A stretch of 35,152 nt of DNA, from NCBI GenBank assembly GCA_002189035.1, contig NEEC01000223.1, positions 1 through 35,152 on the forward strand, given 5' to 3'. This document shows, in pieces, positions 1-12,000 of the stretch; position 1 is the first letter of the stretch; each line of letters begins with the position of its first letter. The translations under genes and the position numbers were made by a program. The notes under the pieces were generated by a model. That model was not told the origin of the DNA. It ran no database searches and saw only the letters and a list, made by a program, of their open reading frames with translations. The stretch is from Utricularia gibba. Taxonomy: Eukaryota > Plantae > Magnoliophyta.

Positions 1-3000
1 CGTTTTGTGGTGGAGTCTCGCTGGGAACTTTGTCCTGGACCTCGATTCTTATGTCTTATGAGGTCAACCGGATGCAAATCGATGAAAAAAAAATTGATGC
101 ATTTGTTTAAATTACGATATCACGTGCACCTACATGATTTTTCACACTTACTTTATACTTGAGGAGGTGGTCTTGGGGGCAAGAGGAACCAGACAACGGT
201 CATATTAGGCTTGGGCCGAAAGTAAGGTTTAGCCCGGCAAAGAAAGTGATGTATTTATTAACGTTCGGTTTTCAGGGTTGCCTACATGGTTTTCCAAGGA
301 AAAGCTTTCGTTTTGTGGCGGCCGCTCTCGCAGGGCACTTGGTCCGGGCCCCTGATTCTTTATGGCTCATGAGGACAAAAGGATGCAAATCGATGAAAAT
401 AATGATGCATTTGTTTAAATTACGATGTCGCGTGCACCCCAAATGATTTTTTTAACAACATACTTTATACATGAGGAGGCGGTCTTGGGGGCACTTGGAA
501 CCGGAAAAAGATCAGCTTAGGCTTGGGCCGAAAGTAAGTTGTAGCCCGGCAAAGAAAGTGATGTATTTATTATCGTTCGGTTTTTGGGGTTCCTACATGG
601 TTTTTCAAGGAACATCTTCTCGTTTTGTGGTGGCTAGTCTCGCTGGGAACATGGTCCTTGACCCCGATTCTGTATGGCTCATGGGGTCAACCGGATGCAA
701 ATCGAAGAAAAAAAATGATGCATTTGTTTAAATTACGATATCACGTGCACCCCACATGATTTTTTCGACAACTTACTTTATACATGGGGAGGCGGTCTGG
801 GGGTACCTGGAACCGGAAAATGGTCAGCTTAGGCTTGGGCCGATAGTAAGTTGTAGCCCGGCAAAGAAAGTGATGTATTTATTAACGTTCGGTTTTCGGG
901 GTTGCCTACATGGTTTTTCAAGGAACATCTTCCCGTTTGTGTGGCTAGTCTCGCTGGGAACTTTGTCCTGGACCTCGATTCTTTATGTCTTATGAGGTCA
1001 AAAGGATGCAAATCGATGAATACAATGATGCATTTGTTTCAATTACGATATCACGTGCACCCACATGATTTTTTCGACAACTTACTTTATACATGGGGAG
1101 GCGGTCTTGGGGGGTACCTGGAACCGGAAAATGGTCAGCTTAGGCTTGGGCCGATAGTAAGTTGTAGCCCGGCAAAGAAAGTGATGTATTTATTAACGTT
1201 CGGTTTTCGGGGTTGCCTACATGGTTTTTCAAGGAACATCTTCCGTTTTGTGTGGCTAGTCTCGCTGGGAACTTTGTCCTGGACCTCGATTCATTATGTC
1301 TTATGAGGTCAACCGGATGCAAATCGATGAAAAAAATTGATGCATTTGTTTAAATTACGATATCATGTGCACCCTACATGATTTTTTCAACACTTACTTT
1401 ATACTTGAGGAGGTGGTCTTGGGGGGCAAGAGGAACCAGACAACGGTCATATTAGGCTTGGGCCGAAAGTAAGTTTAGCCCGGCAAAGAAAGTGATGTAT
1501 TTATTAACGTTCGGTTTTCAGGGTTGCCTACATGGTTTTCCAAGGAAAAGCTTTTCGTTTTGTGGCGGCCGCTCTCGCAGGGGCACTTGGTCCGGGCCCT
1601 GATTCTTTATGGCTCATGAGGACAAAAGGATGCAAATCGATGAAAATAATGATGCATTTGTTTAAATTACGATGTCGCGTGCACCCCAAATGATTTTTTT
1701 AACAACATACTTATACATGAGGAGGCGGTCTTGGGGGGCACTTGGAACCGGAAAAAGATCAGCTTAGGCTTGGGCCGAAAGTAAGTTGTAGCCCGGCAAA
1801 GAAAGTGATGTATTTATTATCGTTCGGTTTTTGGGGTTGCCTACATGGTTTTTCAAGGAACATCTTCTCGTTTTGTGGTGGCTAGTCTCGCTGGGAACAT
1901 GGTCCTTGACCCGATTCTGTATGGCTCATGGGGTCAACCGGATGCAAATCGAAGAAAAAAATGATGCATTTGTTTAAATTACGATATCACGTGCACCCTA
2001 CATGATTTTTTCGACAACTTACTTTATACATGGGGAGGCGGTCTTGGGGGTACCTGGAACCGGAAAATGGTCAGCGTAGGCTTGGGCCGATAGTAAGTTG
2101 TAGCCCGACAAATAAAGTAATGTATTTATTATCGTTCGGTTTTCGGGCTGCCTAATGCTTTTTGAAAGAACATCTTCTCGTTTTATGGCGGCCAGTCTCG
2201 CTGGGAACTTGGTCCTTGACCCTGGTTCTGTATGGCTCATGGGGTCAACCGATGCAAATCGATGAAAAAATGATGCATTTGTTTAAATTGCGATATCACG
2301 TGCACCCACATGATTTTTTAACAACTTACTTTATACTTGAGGAGGCGATCTTAGGGGCACCTCGAACAGGACAAAGGTAAGGTTTGGCTTGCGCCAAGAG
2401 TTAGTTGTAGCCCGACAAAGAAAGTGATGTATTTATTATCGTTCGGTTTTTGGGGTTGCCTACATGGTTTTTCAAGGAACATCTTCTCGTTTTGTGGCAG
2501 CCAGTCTCGCTGGGAGCTTTGTCCTGGACCCCGATTCTGTATGGCCCATGGGGTCAAAAGGATGCAAATCGATGAATACAATGATGCATTTGTTTCAATT
2601 ACGATATCACGTGCACCCCACATGATTTTTTCGACAACTTACTTTATACATGGGGAGGCGGTCTTGGGGGGTACCTGGAACCGGAAAATGGTCAGCTTAG
2701 GCTTGGGCCGATAGTAAGTTGTAGCCCGGCAAAGAAAGTGATGTATTTATTATCGTTCGGTTTACGGGGGTTTCCTACATGGTTTTTCAAGGAACATCTT
2801 CTCGTTTTGTGGCAGCCAGTCTCGCTGGGACTTTGTCCTGGACCCGATTCTGTATGGCTCATGGGGTCAAAAGGATGCAAATCGATGAATACAATGATGC
2901 ATTTGTTTCAATAACGATATCACGTGCACCCCACATGATTTTTTCGACAACTTACTTTATACATGGGGAGGCGGTCTTGGGGGGTACCTGGAACCGGAAA

Positions 3001-6000
3001 ATGGTCAGCTTAGGCTTGGGCCGATAGTAAGTTGTAGCCCGGCAAAGAAAGTGATGTATTTATTAACGTTCGGTTTTCGGGGTTGCCTACATGGTTTTTC
3101 AAGGAACATCTTCCGTTTTGTGGTGGCTAGTCTCGCTGGGAACTTTGTCCTGGACCTCGATTCTTTATGTCTATGAGGTCAACCGGATGCAAATCGATGA
3201 AAAAAATTGATGCATTTGTTTAAATTACGATATCACGTGCACCCTACATGATTTTTTTCAACAACTTACTTTATACTTGAGGAGGTGGTCTTGGGGGCAA
3301 GGAACCAGACAACGGTCATATTAGGCTTGGGCCGAAAGTAAGTTGTAGCCCGGCAAAGAAAGTGATGTATTTATTAACGTTCGGTTTTCAGGGTTGCCTA
3401 CATGGTTTTCCAAGGAAAAGCTTTTCGTTTTGTGGCGGCCGCTCTCGCAGGGCACTTGGTCCGGGCCCCTGATTCTTTATGGCTCATGAGGACAAAAGGA
3501 TGCAAATCGATGAAAATAATGATGCATTTGTTTAAATTACGATGTCACGTGCACCCCAAATGATTTTTTAACAACATACTTTATACAGGAGGCGGTCTTG
3601 GGGGCACTTGGAACCGGAAAAAGATCAGCTTAGGCTTGGGCCGAAAGTAAGTTGTAGCCCGGCAAAGAAAGTGATGTATTTATTATCGTTCGGTTTTTGG
3701 GGTTGCCTACATGGTTTTTCAAGGAACATCTTCTCGTTTTGTGGCTGCGCTGGAACATGGTCCTGACCCGATTCTGTATGGCTCATGGGGTCAACCGGAT
3801 GCAAATCGAAGAAAAAAATGATGCATTTGTTTTAAATTACGATATCACGTGCACCTACATGATTTTTTTCGACAACTTACTTTATACATGGGGAGGCGGT
3901 CTTGGGGGGTACCTGGAACCGGAAAATGGTCAGCGTAGGCTTGGGCCGATAGTAAGTTGTAGCCCGACAAATAAAGTGATGTATTTATTATCGTTCGGTT
4001 TTCGGAAGCTGCCTACATGCTTTTTGAAAGAACATCTTCTCGTTTTGGCGGCCAGTCTCGCTGGGAACTTGGTCCTTGACCCTGGTTCTGTATGGCTCAT
4101 GGGGTCAACCGGATGCAAATCGATGAAAAAAAATGATGCATTTGTTTAAATTGCGATATCACGTGCACCCCACATGATTTTTTCAACAACTTACTTTATA
4201 CTTGAGGAGGCGATCTTGGGTTCACCTCGAACAGGACAAAGGTAAGGTTTGGCTTGCGCCAAGAGTAGTTGTAGCCGACAAAAAAGTGATGTATTTATTA
4301 TCGTTCGGTTTTTGGGTTGCCTACATGGTTTTTCAAGGAACATCTTCTCGTTTTGTGGGCTAGTCTCGCTGGGAACTGGTCCTTGACCCCGATTCTGTAT
4401 GGCTCATGGGGTCAAATGCAAATCGATGAAAAAAAATGATGCATTTGTTTAAATTACGATATCACGTGCACCCCACATGATTTTTTCGACAACTACTTTA
4501 TACATGGGGAGGCGGTCTTGGGGGGTACCTGGAACCGGAAAATGGTCAGCTTAGGCTTGGGCCGATAGTAAGTTGTAGCCCGGCAAATAAAGTGATGTAT
4601 TTATTATCGTTCGGTTTTCGGGCTGCCTAAATGGTTTTTTCAAGAACATCTTCTCGTTTTGTGGCGGCCAGTCTCGCTGGGAACTTGGTCCTTGACCCCG
4701 ATTCTGTATGGCTCATGGGTCAACCGGATGCAAATCGAAGAAAAAAAATGATGCATTTGTTTAAATTACGATATCACGTGCACCCTACATGATTTTTTCG
4801 ACAACTTACTTTATACATGGGAGGCGGTCTTGGGGGGTACCTGGAACCGGAAAATGGTCAGCGTTAGGCTTGGGCCGATAGTAAGTTGTAGCCCGACAAA
4901 TAAAGTAATGTATTTATTATCGTTCGGTTTTCGGGCTGCCTAAATGCTTTTTGAAAGAACATCTTCTCGTTTTGGCGGCCAGTCTCGCTGGGAACTTGGT
5001 CCGACCCTGGTTCTGTATGGCTCATGGGTCAACCGGATGCAAATCGATGAAAAAAAATGATGCATTTGTTTAAATTGCGATATCACGTGCACCCCACATG
5101 ATTTTTTCAACAACTTACTTTATACATGAGGAGGCGATCTTAGGGTGCACCTCGAACAGGACAAAGGTAAGGTTTGGCTTGCGCCAAGAGTTAGTTGTAG
5201 CCCGACAAAGAAAGTGATGTATTTATTATCGTTCGGTTTTTGGGGTTGCCTACATGGTTTTCAAGGAACATCTTCGTTTTGTGGCAGCCAGTCTCGCTGG
5301 GAGCTTTGTCCTGGACCCCGATTCTGTATGGCTCATGGGGTCAAAAGGATGCAAATCGATGAATACAATGATGCATTTGTTTCAATTACGATATCACGTG
5401 CACCCACATGATTTTTTCGACAACTTACTTTATACATGGGGAGGCGGTCTTGGGGGGTACCTGGAACCGGAAAATGGTCAGCTTAGGCTTGGGCCGATAG
5501 TAAGTTGTAGCCCGGCAAAGAAAGTGATGTATTTATTATCGTTCGGTTTTCGGGGTTCCTACATGGTTTTTCAAGGAACATCTTCTCGTTTTGTGGCAGC
5601 CAGTCTCGCTGGGAGCTTTGTCCTGGACCCCGATTCTGTATGGCTCATGGGTCAAAAGGATGCAAATCGATGAATACAATGATGCATTTGTTTCAATTAC
5701 GATATCACGTGCACCCACATGATTTTTTCGACAACTTACTTTATACATGGGGAGGCGGTCTTGGGGGGCAAGAGGAACCAGACAACGGTCATATTAGGCT
5801 TGGGCCGAAAGTAAGTTGTAGCCCGGCAAAAAAAGTGATGTATTTATTAACGTTCGGTTTTCAGGGTTGCCTACATGGTTTTCCAAGGAAAAGCTTTCGT
5901 TTGGCGGCCGCTCTCGCAGGGCACTTGGTCCGGGCCCCTGATTCTTTATGGCTCATGAGGACAAAAGGATGCAAATCGATGAAAATAATGATGCATTTGT

Positions 6001-9000
6001 TTAAATTACGATGTCGCGTGCACCCCAAATGATTTTTTAACAACATACTTTATACATGAGGAGGCGGTCTTGGGGGCACTTGGAACCGGAAAAAGATCAG
6101 CTTAGGCTTGGGCCGAAAGTAAGTTGTAGCCCGGCAAAGAAAGTGATGTATTTATTATCGTTCGGTTTTTGGGGTTGCCTACATGGTTTTTCAAGGAACA
6201 TCTTCTCGTTTTGTGGTGGCTAGTCTCGCTGGGAACATGGTCCTTGACCCCGATTCTGTATGGCTCATGGGGTCAACCGGATGCAAATCGAAGAAAAAAA
6301 TGATGCATTTGTTTAAATTACGATATCACGTGCACCCTACATGATTTTTTCGACAACTTACTTTATACATGGGGAGGCGGTCTTGGGGGTACCTGGAACC
6401 GGAAATGGTCAGCGTAGGCTTGGGCCGATAGTAAGTTGTAGCCCGAAATAAAGTAATGTATTTATTATCGTTCGGTTTTCGGAAGCTGCCTAAATGCTTT
6501 TTGAAAGAACATCTTCTCGTTTTATGGCGGCCAGTCTCGCTGGGAACTTGGTCCTTGACCCTGGTTCTGTATGGCTCATGGGGTCAACCGGATGCAAATC
6601 GATGAAAAAAATGATGCATTTGTTTAAATTGCGATATCACGTGCACCCCACATGATTTTTTCAACAACTTACTTTATACTTGAGGAGGCGATCTTAGGGT
6701 GCACCTCGAACAGGACAAAGGTAAGGTTTGGCTTGCGCCGAGAGTTAGTTGTAGCCCGACAAAGAAAGTGATGTATTTATTATCGTTCGGTTTTCGGGGT
6801 GCCTACATGGTTTTTAAGGAACGCTTCTCGTTTTGTGGTGGCCAGTCTCGCTGGGAACTTGGTCCTGACCCCGATTCTGTATGCTCATGGGTCAACCGGA
6901 TGCAAATCGATGAAAAAAAATGATGCATTTGTTTAAATTACGATATCACGTGCACCCCACATGATTTTTTCGACAACTACTTTATACATGAGGAGGCGTC
7001 TTGGGGCAGGAACCGGAAAAGGTCAGCTTTTGGCACCGATAGTAAGTTGTAGCCCGGCAAAGAAAGTGATGTATTTATTATCGTTCGGTTTACGGGGGCT
7101 TCCTACATGGTTTTTCAAGGAGCATCTTCTCGTTTTGTGGCAGCCAGTCTCGCTGGGAGCTTTGTCCTGGACCCCGATTCTGTATGGCTCATGGGGTCAA
7201 AAGGATGCAAATCGATGAATACAATGATGCATTTGTTTCAATTACGATATCACGTGCACCCCACATGATTTTTTCGACAACTTACTTTATACATGGGAGG
7301 CGGTCTTGGGGGGTACCTGGAACCGGAAAATGGTCAGCTTAGGCTTGGGCCGATAGTAAGTTTGTAGCCCGGCAAAGAAAGTGATGTATTTTATTATCGT
7401 TCGGTTTTCGGGGGTTCCTACATGGTTTTCAAGGAACATCTTCTCGTTTTGTGGCGCCAGTCTCGCTGGGCTTTGTCCTGGACCCCGATTCTGTATGGCT
7501 CATGGGTCAAAAGGATGCAAATCGATGAAACAATGATGCATTTGTTTAATTACGATATCACGTGCACCCCACATGATTTTTTCGACAACTTACTTTATAC
7601 ATGGGGAGGCGGTCTTGGGGGGCAAGAGGAACCAGACAACGGTCATATTAGGCTTGGGCCGAAAGTAAGTTGTAGCCCGGCAAAGAAAGTGATGTATTTA
7701 TTAACGTTCGGTTTTCAGGGTTTCCTACATGGTTTTCCAAGGAAAAGCTTTTCGTTTTGTGGCGGCCGTCTCGCAGGGCACTTGGTCCGGGCCCCTGATT
7801 CTTTATGGCTCATGAGGACAAAAGGATGCAAATCGATGAAAATAAATGATGCATTTGTTTAAATTACGATGTCGCGTGCACCCCAAATGATTTTTTTAAC
7901 AACATACTTTATACATGAGGAGGCGGTCTTGGGGGCACTTGGAACCGGAAAAAGATCAGCTTAGGCTTGGGCCGAAGTAAGTTGTAGCCCGGCAAAGAAA
8001 GTGATGTATTTATTATCGTTCGGTTTTTGGGGTTGCCTACATGGTTTTTCAAGGAACATCTCTCGTTTTGTGGTGGCTAGTCTCGCTGGGAATGGTCCTT
8101 GACCCCGATTCTGTATGGCTCATGGGGTCAACCGGATGCAAATCGAAGAAAAAATGATGCATTTGTTTAAATTACGATATCACGTGCACCCTACATGATT
8201 TTTTCGACAACTTACTTTATACATGGGGAGGCGGTCTTGGGGGTACCTGGAACCGGAAAATGGTCAGCGTAGGCTTGGGCCGATAGTAAGTTGTAGCCCG
8301 ACAAATAAAGTATGTATTTATTATCGTTCGGTTTTCGGAAGCTGCCTACATGCTTTTTGAAAGAACATCTTCTCGTTTTATGGCGGCCAGTCTCGCTGGG
8401 AACTTGGTCCTTGACCCTGGTTCTGTATGGCTCATGGGGTCAACCGGATGCAAATCGATGAAAAAAAAATGATGCATTTGTTTAAATTGCGATATCACGT
8501 GCACCCACATGATTTTTTCAACAACTTACTTTATACTTGAGGAGGCGATCTTAGGGTGCACCTCGAACAGGACAAAGGTAAGGTTTGGCTTGGCCGAGAG
8601 TTAGTTGTAGCCCGACAAAGAAAGTGATGTATTTATTATCGTTCGGTTTTCGGGGTGCCTACATGGTTTTTCAAGGAACATCTTCTCGTTTTGTGGTGGC
8701 CAGTCTCGCTGGGAACTTGGTCCTGACCCCGATTCTGTATGCTCATGAGGTCAACCGGATGCAAATCGATGAAAAAAATGATGCATTTGTTTAAATTACG
8801 ATATCACGTGCACCCCACATGATTTTTTAACAACTTACTTTACATGGGAGGCGTCTTGGGGGCATTTGGAACGGGAAAAGGTAAGGTTTACCGAAGTAGT
8901 TGTAGCCGGCAAAGAAAGTGATGTATTTATTATCGTTCGGTTTACGGGGGCTTCCTACATGGTTTTTCAAGGAGCATCTTCTCGTTTTGTGGCAGCCAGT

Positions 9001-12000
9001 CTCGCTGGGAGCTTTGTCTGGACCCCGATTCTGTATGGCTCATGGGGTCAAAAGGATGCAAATCGATGAATACAATGATGCATTTGTTTCAATTACGATA
9101 TCACGTGCACCCCACATGATTTTTTCGACAACTTACTTTATACATGGGGAGGCGGTCTTGGGGGCAAGAGGAACCAGACAACGGTCATATTAGGCTTGGG
9201 CCGAAAGTAAGTTGTAGCCCGGCAAAGAAAGTGATGTATTTATTAACGTTCGGTTTTCAGGGTTTCCTACATGGTTTTCCAAGGAAAAGCTTTTCGTTTT
9301 GTGGCGGCCGCTCTCGCAGGGCACTTGGTCCGGGCCCCTGATTCTTTATGGCTCATGAGGACAAAAGGATGCAAATCGATGAAAATAATGATGCATTTGT
9401 TTAAATTACGATGTCGCGTGCACCCCAATGATTTTTTTAACAACATACTTTATACATGAGGAGGCGGTCTTGGGGGCACTTGGAACCGGAAAAAGATCAG
9501 CTTAGGCTTGGGCCGAAAGTAAGTTGTAGCCCGGCAAAGAAAGTGATGTATTTATTATCGTTCGGTTTTTGGGGTTGCCTACATGGTTTTTCAAGGAACA
9601 TCTTCTCGTTTTGTGGTGGCTAGTCTCGCTGGGAACATGGTCCTTGACCCCGATTCTGTATGGCTCATGGGGTAAACCGGATGCAAATCGAAGAAAAAAA
9701 ATGATGCATTTGTTTAAATTACGATATCACGTGCACCCTACATGATTTTTTCGACAACTTACTTTATACATGGGGAGCGGTCTTGGGGGTACCTGGAACC
9801 GGAAAATGGTCAGCGTAGGCTTGGGCCGATAGTAAGTTGTAGCCCGACAAATAAAGTAATGTATTTATTATCGTTCGGTTTTCGGAAGCTGCCTAAATGC
9901 TTTTTGAAAGAACATCTTCTCGTTTTGGCGGCCAGTCTCGCTGGGAACTTGGTCCTTGACCCTGGTTCTGTATGGCTCATGGGGTCAACCGGATGCAAAT
10001 CGATGAAAAAAAATGATGCATTTGTTTAAATTGCGATATCACGTGCACCCCACATGATTTTTTCAACAACTTACTTTATACATGAGGAGGCGATCTTAGG
10101 GTGCACCTCGAACAGGACAAAGGTAAGGTTTGGCTTGCCAAGAGTTAGTTGTAGCCCGACAAAGAAAGTGATGTATTATTATCGTTCGGTTTTTGGGTTG
10201 CCTACATGGTTTTCAAGGAACATCTTCTCGTTTTGTGGCAGCCAGTCTCGCTGGGAGCTTTGTCCTGGACCCCGATTCTGTATGGCTCATGGGGTCAAAA
10301 GGATGCAAATCGATGAATACAATGATGCATTTGTTTCAATTACGATATCACGTGCACCCACATGATTTTTTCGACAACTTACTTTATACATGGGGAGGCG
10401 GTCTTGGGGGGTACCTGGAACCGGAAAATGGTCAGCTTAGGCTTGGGCCGATAGTAAGTTGTAGCCCGGCAAAGAAAGTGATGTATTTATTATCGTTCGG
10501 TTTACGGGGGCTTCCTACATGGTTTTTCAAGGAACATCTTCTCGTTTTGTGGCAGCCAGTCTCGCTGGGAGCTTTGTTCTGGACCCCGATTCTGTATGGC
10601 TCATGGGTCAAAAGGATGCAAATCGATGAATACAATGATGCATTTGTTTCAATTACGATATCACGTGCACCCCACATGATTTTTTCGACAACTTACTTTA
10701 TACATGGGGAGGCGGTCTTGGGGGGCAAGAGGAACCAGACAACGGTCATATTAGGCTTGGGCCGAAAGTAAGTTGTAGCCCGGCAAAGAAAGTGATGTAT
10801 TTATTAACGTTCGGTTTTAAGGGTTTCCTACATGGTTTTCCAAGGAAAAGCTTTTCGTTTTGTGGCGGCCGCTCTCGCAGGGCACTTGGTCCGGGCCCCT
10901 GATTCTTTATGGCTCATGAGGACAAAAGGATGCAAATCGATGAAAATAATGATGCATTTGTTTAAATTACGATGTCGCGTGCACCCCAAATGATTTTTTT
11001 AACAACATACTTTATACATGAGGAGACGGTCTTGGGGGTACCTGGAACCGGAAAATGGTCAGCTTAGGCTTGGGCCGATAGTAAGTTGTAGCCCGGCAAA
11101 GAAAGTGATGTATTTATTATCGTTCGGTTTCGGGGCTTCCTACATGGTTTTTCAAGGAACATCTTCTCGTTTTGTGGCAGCCAGTCTCGCTGGGAGCTTT
11201 GTCCTGGACCCCGATTCTGTATGGCTCATGGGGTCAAAAGGATGCAAATCGATGAATACAATGATGCATTTGTTTCAATTACGATATCACGTGCACCCCA
11301 CATGATTTTTTCGACAACTTACTTTATACATGGGGAGGCGGTCTTGGGGGGTACCTGGAACCGGAAAATGGTCAGCTTAGGCTTGGGCCGATAGTAAGTT
11401 GTAGCCCGGCAAAGAAAGTGATGTATTTATTAACGTTCGGTTTTCGGGGTTGCCTACATGGTTTTTCAAGGAACATCTTCCCGTTTTGTGGTGGCTAGTC
11501 TCGCTGGGAACTTTGTCCTGGACCTCGATTCTTTATGTCTTATGAGGTCAACCGGATGCAAATCGATGAAAAAAATTGATGCATTTGTTTAAATTACGAT
11601 ATCACGTGCACCCTACATGATTTTTTCAACAACTTACTTTATACTTGAGGAGGTGGTCTTGGGGGCAAGAGGAACCAGACAACGGTCATATTAGGCTTGG
11701 GCCGAAAGTAAGTTGTAGCCCGGCAAAGAAAGTGATGTATTTATTAACGTTCGGTTTTCAGGGTTGCCTACATGGTTTTCCAAGGAAAAGCTTTTCGTTT
11801 TGTGGCGGCCGCTCTCGCTGGGCACTTGGTCCGGGCCCTGATTCTTTATGGCTCATGAGGACAAAAGGATGCAAATCGATGAAAATAATGATGCATTTGT
11901 TTAAATTACGATGTCGTGTGCACCCCAAATGATTTTTTTAACAACATACTTTACATGAGGAGGCGGTCTTGGGGGCACTGGAACCGGAAAAAGATCAGCT

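Noticed and set aside
2755-2772. CENP-B-box-like motif (TTCGGTTTTCGGG in consensus monomers)
   Set aside because: The TTCG-to-CGGG spacing is 5 nt rather than the required 7, and CENP-B is not a plant centromere protein.
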